A stretch of 64,000 nucleotides of DNA from Okeania sp. SIO2F4 (GTDB taxonomy: Bacteria; Cyanobacteriota; Cyanobacteriia; Cyanobacteriales; Microcoleaceae), in contig NZ_JAAHGT010000021.1 of the NCBI RefSeq assembly GCF_010672385.1, positions 223 to 64,222 on the forward strand, given 5' to 3'. This document shows, one piece after another, positions 27,735 through 38,400 of the stretch (position 1 is its first letter; each line of letters starts with the position of its first letter). A model generated the notes under the pieces. That model saw only the letters and a list, made by a program, of their open reading frames with translations, was not told the origin of the DNA and made no database searches. The position numbers and the translations under genes were made by a program.

Positions 27735-27885
27735 TCTATTGACATCCTCCCGACGCGACTGTGACCGGAGAGCGCGGGTCTCCTACCAACATTGAAGTAG
27801 CAGTCAGCACTCAGCTTGCCTCCTGCGTCGTAGCTACGCTAACAGAGGAGCTATCCTACGGAATGCTCCGCATTCCGGACTGAAA
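27735..27885. repeat. GC-rich dispersed repeat (inverted relative to 16851-16990)
   Basis: Contains agctacgctaacagaggagct, atcctacggaa and ggagagcgcgg, the reverse complements of blocks in 16851-16990. Confidence 0.5.
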
Positions 27886-27994
27886 AGCTAATAGCTAGTT
27901 GAGATGATTAATGTACGGCATCGTACAGTGAAAGCACAGCAAAGCTAGCTACCACCATAGGTAGCTTGAAAAAATTTGGGCAGTGCGTGTCTGA

Positions 27995-30900
27995 TTAAGT
28001 CGGCGTTGGTATCGGTATCGGTTCCGGTGGTGCCAACGCCTGCTCAAAAATTTCCTGATACTCCAGAGGCAAATACGGTATCAACCCCAGGATAAATCCC
28101 AAAATAGTATCAAGTGATACATAATTCAAGAGATTCAGATTATATTCATCCTTAAAAATGTCCAGAGTTGAGATGACTTCGGCAGGGATAGACTCAGAGT
28201 TGAGAAGTTCCTGCACCTCTATAGGAAAATAAGTCTCTACTGCCCACCTAAAATCCTCTGGTAACGCATCAATAGCAGTTTTAGAATTATTCCACTTCCT
28301 ATAAAATATATTATTTAGGAACTGGAATAATTTCACAGCGCGTTTATAACCTCCTAAATTCTTGAATATCTTACTAACCCATCCTTGGGTACACTCCATC
28401 TCCTGAGCTATTTTATCCTGAGTTACTTTCTGTCCAAAACGTACTAACTTCATACCAAGCTCAATGGCCATCTTAGTATCAAGGTCCCGTCGGGTTGCAG
28501 CTTCAGGACATAAATCATAAGACATCATTTTATTGATTTGACACCCAGGAAACTTATCTTTAAGCTGATGTGTAAGTTTTTCCGAGTAATCCCCCAGCAG
28601 ATAAACTGCCTTCTGCTTATGAGGTTGTAAATGCGCTCTGAGACGACCGACTAACTGTAATTTTTCACTATCCACAGAATGCTGAATATAGTCTTTAAAC
28701 TTCTCAGTAGGATTAGCAGGATTAGCATATAATCCTGTCAAAGTTCTAAATTCAGCAGCCATAGCACCTAGATTAGCCGTAGGGTTGCCTATAGCAATGA
28801 TTACATCATAGTCCTGAAGTTCATTAGTCCCTCGATTATGTACCCACCAATAACCAAAATAATCAATACCAGGGATATCCTTATAATTAGACAGTTGTCC
28901 CATAAAATCAATCAAAGCTATTTTGGCCTTTTTACCAAGCTGTGCTGCAAAAGCTCTTGAATCCGCTATAATTTTTTCTACACCTTTGATTAATCGTTTT
29001 GGTAAGCTAGCTTCACTCAATCCCTTTTCTCTTTGTTCCTTACTATCTCGTTGCGCCCCACAAATGCCAAAACCATCTACTAGATTAACTATTAAATTAG
29101 TAGCAGCGGGTGTAGCGACCTTATATTCCAAGATATCTTCTGCATCAATACCCATTCTCATTGCTATATCTTCAGTCCGTGCTGTAGCATCCTTATAGAT
29201 AATACTTTGAGCATTGGAAAGACTTCGCTTAATGTGATTATTTGACTGAGTTATATAAAACCCATAGCTTTTAGCTTGGATATATCCCCTATCTCCAGTC
29301 AAAATCTCCAATAGTGGAGACAAAAAGTTTAATTTACACTTTTCATCAACCCGTTTCTGTTGAACTTCCCAAGGCAAATTATCATCCTCAATCAAATTTT
29401 CTAAATCAGGTTTATATACTTCTTTGAGGATTTTGACCACATCTTTTAGAGTAGGACTTACATTAACAATTCTGATATCCTTATCCTCAATTTGCCGAAC
29501 TTCTCCCCAAACATTAGTATCAGTTTTGGTTGAAAATTCTACAGCGGTTAAATTCCACAAAGCATGGTTAATTAATTTTTCTATCCATGACCCTTTAATA
29601 ATTTTTAATTGAAGTACATCACTGGAATTAACTATGCCTGATTTAGCCTCTAAAAATAATGCTTTTTCATGCTCTGTAATTATGCCGTGATGACAATATA
29701 AATTAGCTAATTTATCAAAGATAAAATCAACAAATTCATAATGATTCAATCCATTTTTCTTAAATTTAGTCGAATTATCTATGAATAACATCATTTCCTT
29801 CATTACTTGAATTAAAGGAGATAGAGCGCGTTTAATTGCATCACCATAATGTAGACCATCTACTTGATGTTCTATCAGCTTAGTTCCTAATTCATAGAAA
29901 GCTTCATTTAATGATTTACTACCTACAAATATATCCTTTGTAGATTTAAGAATTGAACCCGCTTCGTCTATTACCGCAATATCTTTTTGAGATAGGGTAG
30001 ATAGCTGTTGAGGATGAGAGCGGATAAATGATTCGTTTTCCTTGGTTTTCCATCGCCCAATAAGTAGGGGGCAAGCTAATTTACCTTCTGAGTTTAACAA
30101 GTTTGGACAACCTTGGCATCCTGCAGCAACAAGACCCCCAAATAGAGTCATGTTTTTAAATTCGGGGAAATATCTAAATATTTCTTCTCTAATACAGGAT
30201 GCTTCTATAGTAGGCTCCTCCTTACCTTTAGGTCGGCGGATATGGGGATATCCCAAAGGTGTTTGCTTGGCAGTATCTTCAACTAAACCACTGTGACGGG
30301 CGGGTAAAACAACTGAATTACTTTCAATACTTTCTGTAGTAGGGTTACGAGGGTCGTCACAGATGTAGTAGAGAGTAGGGTCGTCTTCTGATTTTTGTGC
30401 ATGGGGATTGATTCCCAAATAAGGTGGTAAATTACCTGTATCATGGCTTTTACCAGTGCCAGTACCACTAAGGTCTAACAAATTTTTGATACCACGTTTG
30501 ACCATAACAGCTTCAAAAATATTTCTCTTTCCTGGAGGAACTACATAAGCAGGTCTACCTTGAAATATCCAATCTTCAAAGTTGGATGGTAAATTCCAGG
30601 AATTAACATCATCTCCTAATACGATTTGTTTTTTACCCAATATTAGAGGCGGTTCCAATTTAACTATTGTTGTAGTAGTTTCTGCTAACCTCTGTGTTTC
30701 AGTTTCTTTAAGTTTAGCAATACGTTGTTTTTCTAATGGGTGTAGTTCATATTTTTCAGGCAGTACCCCGTGTTTACGCAAATACTTATACGCAGGACGG
30801 GCCACTTTTTTCTCAAGAGTTTTGGCTAGACTGATGACTGTATTTTTTAGCTGTCGTGGGAATTTGTGTAATTGGTTGTACTCTTTTTCAGATATTAACT

Positions 30901-31984
30901 TTGACTTATATTGCTCATACTGCTGTTGCCACTCTGGTAAATTCACACCAGCATCAGCAGCTAACTCTTTGACGAGCGCTATAAAGTCTTTTCCTTTAGG
31001 TGTACCGTGACCGCCATTAACAAAATGACGATATTGTACCGCGTGGCCACCTTCTTGACAACCATGACAATACCAAGAGTTATCAGCCGGGTTAACCTGG
31101 AATGATGTACCAGATGTACCGCCGTGCTGAGGACAGAAACCTACTATTTTCTTACCATGCCGTTTGAAGTTGTGGCCGTTCCAATTATAGATATCTTCAG
31201 TATCTAACTTTGGTAAAATATCCAGTTCTAAAATATCTGCTAGACTCTCAGCAGTTGATAGGGATGGGTAAGCTTGTCTATCTGCTCTCCTTTCCTCTAA
31301 ATACTGTGCCCTCTCGGCTTTTTTCGCTTCAGCTTCTCTAGCAGCTTTGGCCTCCTTGTCTGCCAACTCTAAGAGTAAATCTAATATTTCCGGCGGGGCG
31401 TATGCTATTTCTGTATCTTCTGGAGAATTTACCCAAACATATTTACCAGTTGTGGGGTGATAACTAGGAGGTAAAACAGACTGGCAATAGTTATAACGAA
31501 GTTCTAAAAGCTCGTCTGGGCTTGCTTTTAAATCTCCCCAATTTCTAATTACGGAACGGGTGAAAGATTTTAAATTTTCCCTATACTCTGGTGGTATTTG
31601 AAATGCTATTTGATATCTTCCAGTTTTACCGGATGACCAACTTACAGTCTTAGGTAGTTCGGGACAAATAGCTTTCAGGATGGGTTCTGCTGAGGGTCCA
31701 TCTACATCTATTGCTAATAAACCGCCGGATATTTCTCCACATCTCACTCCAAAGCCAGAATCATAAGCTGTGTATGGTTTTCCGGTTTTTTGACTGATTA
31801 ACTGTTGGCCTTTGGTGATATAAGTGGCGATCGCTTCTCTACTAACTGGTTGTTCATGTTGCCAGTTTGAGCGGTAGGGACGTTTGTCGCGCACTGGTGT
31901 TAAGGCCAAGTGGTCGGGGATGGTTTTTAATCCTTTGGCTATTTCGGCGGAGCGTGGGTGGCGGTTAAATATTTTCCAATCCAT
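27995..31984 (-). CDS. Replication protein: N-terminal bifunctional primase-polymerase (AEP), CHC2-like zinc finger and C-terminal P-loop NTPase/helicase-like region
   Basis: 'LALTPVRDKRPYRSNWQ', 'GFGVRCGEISGGLLAIDVDG' and 'VLPPSYHPTTGKYVW' fit Prim-Pol motifs. 'CPQHGGTSGTSFQVNPADNSWYCHGCQEGGH' is a primase-type zinc finger. Walker A is 'GTGTGKSHD' (nt 30440-30467) and Walker B-like is 'IAVIDEAGS'. Confidence 0.7.
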   Translation of the reverse strand: MDWKIFNRHPRSAEIAKGLKTIPDHLALTPVRDKRPYRSNWQHEQPVSREAIATYITKGQQLISQKTGKPYTAYDSGFGVRCGEISGGLLAIDVDGPSAEPILKAICPELPKTVSWSSGKTGRYQIAFQIPPEYRENLKSFTRSVIRNWGDLKASPDELLELRYNYCQSVLPPSYHPTTGKYVWVNSPEDTEIAYAPPEILDLLLELADKEAKAAREAEAKKAERAQYLEERRADRQAYPSLSTAESLADILELDILPKLDTEDIYNWNGHNFKRHGKKIVGFCPQHGGTSGTSFQVNPADNSWYCHGCQEGGHAVQYRHFVNGGHGTPKGKDFIALVKELAADAGVNLPEWQQQYEQYKSKLISEKEYNQLHKFPRQLKNTVISLAKTLEKKVARPAYKYLRKHGVLPEKYELHPLEKQRIAKLKETETQRLAETTTTIVKLEPPLILGKKQIVLGDDVNSWNLPSNFEDWIFQGRPAYVVPPGKRNIFEAVMVKRGIKNLLDLSGTGTGKSHDTGNLPPYLGINPHAQKSEDDPTLYYICDDPRNPTTESIESNSVVLPARHSGLVEDTAKQTPLGYPHIRRPKGKEEPTIEASCIREEIFRYFPEFKNMTLFGGLVAAGCQGCPNLLNSEGKLACPLLIGRWKTKENESFIRSHPQQLSTLSQKDIAVIDEAGSILKSTKDIFVGSKSLNEAFYELGTKLIEHQVDGLHYGDAIKRALSPLIQVMKEMMLFIDNSTKFKKNGLNHYEFVDFIFDKLANLYCHHGIITEHEKALFLEAKSGIVNSSDVLQLKIIKGSWIEKLINHALWNLTAVEFSTKTDTNVWGEVRQIEDKDIRIVNVSPTLKDVVKILKEVYKPDLENLIEDDNLPWEVQQKRVDEKCKLNFLSPLLEILTGDRGYIQAKSYGFYITQSNNHIKRSLSNAQSIIYKDATARTEDIAMRMGIDAEDILEYKVATPAATNLIVNLVDGFGICGAQRDSKEQREKGLSEASLPKRLIKGVEKIIADSRAFAAQLGKKAKIALIDFMGQLSNYKDIPGIDYFGYWWVHNRGTNELQDYDVIIAIGNPTANLGAMAAEFRTLTGLYANPANPTEKFKDYIQHSVDSEKLQLVGRLRAHLQPHKQKAVYLLGDYSEKLTHQLKDKFPGCQINKMMSYDLCPEAATRRDLDTKMAIELGMKLVRFGQKVTQDKIAQEMECTQGWVSKIFKNLGGYKRAVKLFQFLNNIFYRKWNNSKTAIDALPEDFRWAVETYFPIEVQELLNSESIPAEVISTLDIFKDEYNLNLLNYVSLDTILGFILGLIPYLPLEYQEIFEQALAPPEPIPIPTPT

Positions 31985-32140
31985 TTATACCACCTCCTTT
32001 GTTGTTGCTAGGGTGGTCAGAATATTTGAGGGTTGGGGTTGGCAATCAGTTGTTAATAGTGCTATAATCATGGTGTTGAAAATTTTGTATCTACGGGGTT
32101 TTGGCTCCGTAGGTTTACTTTTTTTGGGGTTACTTGAGAG

Positions 32141-33889
32141 CTATTCCATTGAATATTCCTCGCCAAAAATCATTCTCATGTGGTGGTTAACCCATCCTAT
32201 AGCCTGTCTGTCGGCTACCATCAGACGAATTAAATATTGTCGATATGCAATCTTGTCTGCTAGGGTAGGTTTCTGACCAAATATGGCATCGCGCATCCAT
32301 TTGTAGGGAGGCCATTGTTTGTATTGACTGTAGTATTGATTATCTGCCCAAACAGGCTTTAAACCGCGATGATAAGCTTCTTTGAGAAGTTCGTGGTAAT
32401 GTTGATATTGCTTAACTTTATCTGCTGTGCAACGTAGGAGTTTAAATTCTTTGGTAGGTAAAAGTTTAGGTGTGACTGGATACTCGTAACCGCAACAACC
32501 ACACAATGCGTCAAAATTGCGATTAATTGCACTACACTTTGGACAAATTTTAGTAGGAGCTTGACCAAGGGGTGTTTTGTCTGACTTGCCCAGGGTAAAT
32601 GATTTTAAATCTTCAACAAAACCAAATCTTCTTACTATCCCTGCTTGGTCTAAAATTAAGCAGTCGTATTTGCCTGGGGAAATTCTTAAACCACGTCCTA
32701 TTTGTTGCCATGCCTTAGCTTTAGACTTGGAGGGGCGACAGAGGAGTACGCATGAAATGGCAGGAATGTCAAACCCTTCTCCCAATGCTTCACAACTGGC
32801 AACTACTTTGATTTGTCCTGACTGTAGTTGGGAGTAGATAATCTCCCTTGCGAGTGTAGGCATTGTGCCATCTACACTTGCAGCTTGGACTCCTGCTTGG
32901 TTAAATGCAGTGGCAATAGCTTTTGCATGAGCTATGTTTACGGCAAATGCGATAGTTAAACGGTTATTAGCTAGTCGTTTCCATTCTTTGACTATAGTGT
33001 TGATAACTTCGGGGGTGTTACAGCGTATACCTAAGTCAGAGTTGTTAAAGTCTCCTGCTACTGTTCGTACTCCTTTGAGGTCAATACCGTCAACGCTGTA
33101 GTAGACTGGGGGTGCTAAGTATCCTTTGAGAATTAGTTCTCCTGGAGTGGGAGCTGCTATGAGGGTGTCGAATAAATCAGACATTGCTTCCCTTTTTGAT
33201 AGTCTCCAGGGGGTGGCGGTGAGACCGATGAATATAGGACTGTCTGCCTTCTGCTGTTGGCCTTCCTCTAGTGGGCTAGGTGTTTGAGCTATTGTGGGTA
33301 TGAAAGGTGAGGGTAAAATATCTCCATTCCTTCTGCATTCTGCATTCTGCATTCTGCATTCTTCAAGTTGCTTCTGTATAACTTTGTTCCAGGCAGTTTG
33401 ATGTGCTTCGTCTATAAATATGATGTCTGGAGTAAACCAGTTGATTTTCCGACGACTGAGAGTTTGTGCGCTGGCAATTTGAACTGGAGCGTTACGGTTT
33501 TCAGAGTAACCTCCGGCGATGACTCCGCATTCGATACCGAAGTCATTGAATTTTTTGATGGTTTGTTTGATTAAAACGTCTCTATGAACTATGAATAATA
33601 TGGTTTTGCCACTTGAATATTCTCTATAGATGAAGTCACCAGCAATGACTGTTTTACCAGCTCCTGTGGGGGCGACAATTAGTATCCGGCGGTGGTTTTT
33701 GTTGATGCGTTTGTACAGCTCAGAGATGACTTGAATTTGGTAGTCTCTGAGGTTAGGGATGTTAGCAGGTTCTATAATGAGGGGTAAAGATAATTGTTTA
33801 TCTTTTTCTACTCTTTCGCTCTGCTGCTGTGGCAATGGTTGTTGCAGCAGTTTTCTCTTTGTTTTGGATGCTATTTTTGCACAAGTCAT
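32141..33889 (-). CDS. SF2 DEAD/DEAH-box helicase with a C-terminal zinc ribbon and an insertion between motifs II and III
   Basis: 'LRDYQ' (Q/motif I region), 'VAPTGAGKTV' (Walker A), 'FIDEAHQ' (motif II), 'GLTATPWR' (motif III), 'QQIGRGLR' (motif VI) and 'CPKCSAINRNFDALCGCCGYEY'. Confidence 0.8.
   Translation of the reverse strand: MTCAKIASKTKRKLLQQPLPQQQSERVEKDKQLSLPLIIEPANIPNLRDYQIQVISELYKRINKNHRRILIVAPTGAGKTVIAGDFIYREYSSGKTILFIVHRDVLIKQTIKKFNDFGIECGVIAGGYSENRNAPVQIASAQTLSRRKINWFTPDIIFIDEAHQTAWNKVIQKQLEECRMQNAECRRNGDILPSPFIPTIAQTPSPLEEGQQQKADSPIFIGLTATPWRLSKREAMSDLFDTLIAAPTPGELILKGYLAPPVYYSVDGIDLKGVRTVAGDFNNSDLGIRCNTPEVINTIVKEWKRLANNRLTIAFAVNIAHAKAIATAFNQAGVQAASVDGTMPTLAREIIYSQLQSGQIKVVASCEALGEGFDIPAISCVLLCRPSKSKAKAWQQIGRGLRISPGKYDCLILDQAGIVRRFGFVEDLKSFTLGKSDKTPLGQAPTKICPKCSAINRNFDALCGCCGYEYPVTPKLLPTKEFKLLRCTADKVKQYQHYHELLKEAYHRGLKPVWADNQYYSQYKQWPPYKWMRDAIFGQKPTLADKIAYRQYLIRLMVADRQAIGWVNHHMRMIFGEEYSME
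33334..33361 (-). repeat. Heptanucleotide tandem repeat (GAATGCA x4 on the coding strand) inside the helicase gene
   Basis: tgcattc occurs four times head to tail on the plus strand. It translates as ECRMQNAECRR within the insertion between helicase motifs II and III. Confidence 0.9.
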
Positions 33890-33953
33890 AAGTTTTAAGT
33901 GGTAAAAAAATTGTATTGTTTGCAGTGATTAGGGTTGGGGCGCGACGAAAACA

Positions 33954-35036
33954 CTATGTAGGGGGTCGTGTGGAGTTTTCCCCTTTGATTATTTCTAATA
34001 TTTGGCGGTGTGGAAGTTTAGCGGCGATCGCACGTTCTACTACACAGACTTTTTTCTGAGGACATCCGACTGAGGAAACTACTGCTTTACCCTTTTTGTA
34101 CAAAGGTTTACCGTTTTTCCCCTTCTTATGCCAGCAGTAGTTCCAATACCAATGTTTATGATCGTTAGCCGAACGTTGGCTTTCTTTGACACGGGGATAT
34201 TCAACAAGTCCAGTCTTTGTTTCGGTCAATTTTGTGTATTTATGAAGCCAGCCACTCCCTCCAACTGGTTTGTTTGAAAATTTTTCTATTGAGTAGTCTG
34301 TAGAAACCCTAGACTCCTGATTGAGTATAGTTTGTGGAGGTTGAGTTTTTTCACAATTAATTGGACTATCAGATAATTGGCCAACAGATGTGGATTTGTT
34401 GTTTTTTCTACTGTCTTCTACTGGTTTGTTTGAAAATTTTTCTACTGAGTACTCAGTAGAAACCCTATACTCTTGATGGGGTTTGGTTTCTATAGGTTGA
34501 GCTTTTTCACAATTAATTGGACTATCAGATAATTGGCCAACAGATGTGGATTTGTTGTTTTTTCTACTGTCTTCTGCTGATTTGTGTGGAAATTTTTCTA
34601 CTGAGTAGTCTGTAGAAACCCTGGACTCCTGATTGAGTATGGTTTGTGGAGTTTCAGATTTGATCTGGTTTTGTTGGCCTTCTTGAATAAAGCCAGGGAT
34701 TTTTGATTGATTGAGGCATTCAATGTCTTCTGCTGGTTTGGACTGATTTTTTTCGTCTGAGTAATCAGTCGAACCGCTATAGTCCTTATGAGGTTTTGGT
34801 TGAATGACTTGAGAGTTTTGATGATTTTCCTGGCCCCCTTTAAGCAAGTCTGAAAGTTCCTCTAGAGTAAGGCTAAAGGGATGGGTTGTTATGTGGCCTT
34901 CCGGTAGATGCTCGTCATCGAAAAAGGTGTTATAAGATTTGGTGACGCTATCACTCATACATTGCTGTGATTGTGTGTCTTTTGTGTTGTTAGAATTGTT
35001 GTCTACGTTGGTAGTATTAATAAAATGTGGATTCAT
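33954..35036 (-). CDS. Hypothetical 360-aa protein with three ~47-aa tandem repeats and a basic, W/Y-rich C-terminal domain
   Basis: Repeats of the form 'ILNQESRVSTDYSVEKF..K..EDSRKNNKSTSVGQLSDSPINCEK'. C-terminus reads 'YPRVKESQRSANDHKHWYWNYCWHKKGKNGKPLYKKGKAVVSSVGCPQKKVCVVERAIAAKLPHRQILEII'. No family recognised. Confidence 0.55.
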   Translation of the reverse strand: MNPHFINTTNVDNNSNNTKDTQSQQCMSDSVTKSYNTFFDDEHLPEGHITTHPFSLTLEELSDLLKGGQENHQNSQVIQPKPHKDYSGSTDYSDEKNQSKPAEDIECLNQSKIPGFIQEGQQNQIKSETPQTILNQESRVSTDYSVEKFPHKSAEDSRKNNKSTSVGQLSDSPINCEKAQPIETKPHQEYRVSTEYSVEKFSNKPVEDSRKNNKSTSVGQLSDSPINCEKTQPPQTILNQESRVSTDYSIEKFSNKPVGGSGWLHKYTKLTETKTGLVEYPRVKESQRSANDHKHWYWNYCWHKKGKNGKPLYKKGKAVVSSVGCPQKKVCVVERAIAAKLPHRQILEIIKGENSTRPPT

Positions 35037-35102
35037 TTTGCACTCCTGTTAATAATTAACAATTAATAATTAATTGTTGGTTGTTGATTTAATTATTGCA
35101 GT

Positions 35103-35422
35103 CTAGATTTTTATGATTTCAATACAGTCTTGATTAATTGATTCAAAACCTTTTTTATTAATGTAATCGGCTTCATGTAATAGCTCTAGCCAATATTGCG
35201 TTTCGTTAGCTTCTTTGATAGCGATACGCAGTTTATGCACAAAGTCAGCAAGGCTTTCCGCATATTCAGATCACGGATTAAAGCACCAATTGCTGTACCA
35301 CTCCGAAGTATTTGTTTTGATAAAACATACTCTTTTTTATCCTGGTTTTGATATTGTGATAACTTAACTATTTGTAATGCAAAAGTGAAGGATTTGTTTT
35401 TAATTACATTATTTTTTTCCAT
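35103..35422 (-). pseudogene. Frameshifted four-helix-bundle protein (23S rRNA intervening-sequence protein family)
   Basis: The N-terminal part 'NKSFTFALQIVKLSQ...LSKQILRSGTAIGALIRD' runs into junk. The adjacent frame reads 'EYAESLADFVHKLRIAIKEANETQYWLELLHEADYINKKGFESINQDCIEIIKI*', the expected family C-terminus. A 1-nt indel near 35268-35272 accounts for this. Confidence 0.65.
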
Positions 35423-35464
35423 GATTTTAAATTCCTAATTATTAATTATTAATTATTAATTGTT

Positions 35465-38400
35465 TCAGAAGGGTATTAACTCCTCTTCTGTTTCTGTCTG
35501 TTCAGCGTGTTGGGAAATAAAGTCTTCCCAACACGCTGTTGCTGCTTTTTCAATGGTGTCGTAGTATGGTCCGAAAACGTTGGTACTGACGTACCATTTA
35601 CCAAAACCAGCTTTGTTCTTGCTTTTATTGCAAATATGGATTTTTCCACATTTTTGTGTTCCGTTCCAGACTATATAAGTCTCACTCCGGTTATAAATAG
35701 AGCTATCTTTGACCCAATGTAGTCCTTCGGAATGTTCGTAACTATCAGTGTTTGACTCTTCTGTAGTTGTGGATGCCTTAAACTCATCAGAAGTTTGACT
35801 ATCAGTAGTATCATTGATAGCAGCATTATTCAATATGTCTTGCCAAGTGATAGTGTCATTGTTTTTGTGGCTGTCTTTAATTGTCTGCTCCCAAACGCTA
35901 TGGTCAACATAATCATTGATATCAACGCCTTGACCAGCTTCCAAGTCAGAACAGAGTTGATCTACGTCGATACCAAATAGTTCTTTCATGTTTGACTTCA
36001 ACTTGACAGTAGGGAACAGTGTGAAAGTTTTGCCATCTCTAGTTTGCATCAAACATGGGTAGAGGTTTTTATCTCCACGGTAAAACCAAAGTGTGGTTCC
36101 AGAGCGTTTAGTACGGATGTTGTCAAAAGCATTAAATACAGCAGCCAGTTTGTCTAACAAGTCTACTGGGGAATGTTCAGTGCTCTTTGTGTCTGCGTCG
36201 TTGTTTAATTGATTTGAGTCTGGCAGTTTTCCATTGCTCTTGCCAGGAATAGACTTTTTTGTGTGTTCTGAAGTTTGAGTATTTGTTACAACTGGTTTAG
36301 GGTGATAGAGTTGATAAGGAATATTCTCTGCTACTAAAAATGCTTCTAAGTCGCAGTCATATTTAGCTAATTCGCCAATTAATTTCTGTTCTATTTCTAG
36401 TTCATCGTCTTGGTTGTGATGTATGCTTCCTACATTTGTTCCGTAATGAGTTACAGTTAAATCTACCTCATCGTGGCTTGCCTTAAAGTCTTCTAATAAC
36501 TCAATTTCAGTTTTAATTAAATTAAGCCATGTTTGGTCATCGTACTCATCAAAAAAGTATGAAGCAATATTTTCAATTATTTCTGTGTCACCTTTAGTAG
36601 TGGTATTATTTTCAGGCTGTTTACGATAATTTTCTATCTGAAGTTGTTTACCATTGACTACATCTAGAATAAGTGCTTTTATATCTAACTCGTATCGTTC
36701 CATGAGTAATTTTTCTAAGCTAATATCGCTCACTAAACCTTTATGGGGGTCTGTAAATATACGACCTAAAATTTCATCTTTTAAAGATATATGCAGGGTT
36801 ATTTTAGGTATGCCTAAACTTCGTTCAAATTGAAATTTATCTATCATGGATAATTGTTTTTTTACTTTGTTAATTAGCTGTTCTTCTAAGCTGGTTTGAG
36901 TCTTTTTATGTTGTGATAATGATGATTTTTGGTATTCCTTATCAGGAATAAATTCAAACCGAATTACCCATACTATTTGTTGGTTATCGCCCTCAAAAAA
37001 TTTCCCAATAAATTGTTGTTTTGATAGTTCGGGAAAACCTTCTGCTGCTAATTCTGAAGATGGCATATCTACCAATTTCTCTTGGTAAGGTTTATGGGTG
37101 AGGCGGATGTAACCAACTCGCTTACCACCAACGTGATAACCTTTTGTCAGTGCAGGATAAAGAAATTTTCCTGGTCTGGCATTCCAGTCATCAATGAAGC
37201 GTTGGGCGTAGTTATCTTTCCAAAACCGTCGTGTGACTGTTTTGTTGCCTGAAAGTAGTTCAGTTAGGGTTTTGCCAAAACTTATTGCTTTGCCATTGAT
37301 GGTTAGGTTTTGTTCATTGATACTTAGAGTTGTTCCTGTTTCCTGCTCCTGTGATGGGATTTGGTCAACTTTTAGTACAGTTCTACTTTCAACAGTAGGT
37401 TCATCACCATTGCTTTCAGTTTGGTTATCAGTAGTGTCATTAGCATTGTTTACTGTATCAATTATCCTCTCTGTATCTGCTAGTTCCTCTGTGTTTAACT
37501 GAGTATTTGCGACTGTGGATAACCTTTGAGTGCTTGCAGCTACTATCAAACTACTAAAGTCAAGTGATGTCATACTTTCAGCGGTTGGTTCATCACTGTC
37601 TAAGTTGTCTGAACTGATTGCTGATACTTGACTACTCCCTAACTTGGTTAAGGGTTGAGCTGAAACATACCTTAGTAAGTTGATGTTTATGTGTTCGATA
37701 CCGTTATCCCCAAGTACTCCAGAGTCTAGCCATTGAATAGTCGCTATTTCTCCTGAGACTGACTGCAAAATGCCTCGGCGTTCACGTCCTTTTTCCCAAA
37801 TGGGTGCAACAACACATCCTCGTGGTTTGAGAGCGTTATTATTGCTGCCAATATATGCGAATGGATCTACATCACAGCTTGGATGTTTTGAGTTATAATG
37901 TATAGATTTTATTAATCCTTTGATGTCTATTCCGTAGGATGTTATTAGGTGAGAAACTAATTTTGATTCTGCTGATAATTTACCTTGATTTATTGTCACA
38001 AAACCAAGTTGAAAATGACCTTGGTAAAAAGCTATTTGAGAGCAATTTTTATCTAGTTGCAAGTCAGTTTTGTAAGAGTTTATTGCTGTTTCTAAGGTGT
38101 CTAAATGTTTTGTGTTTAACTCAGCCTCAATTCCACTATTATTGTTGGGGTTATTGGGAGTAGATGGTGGTGTTTTAGAACCTCCATTATTATCTGGATT
38201 ATCTTCATCATTTTCTATTGTTTGTTCAATTAATTCTTTACGTTGTTGGCGTAGAGTTTCTAGCAATTGATTCCAGGCTGGACTAAAGTCTACTAATTCA
38301 TTGAGTAGATTATTTGCAGTTTTAAAGTCTTCTTCATTCCAGTTATCCCAGTTTTCTTTGGTCAGTAATTCTTTGATAGTTTGGTTTGTAATAATGTAGT

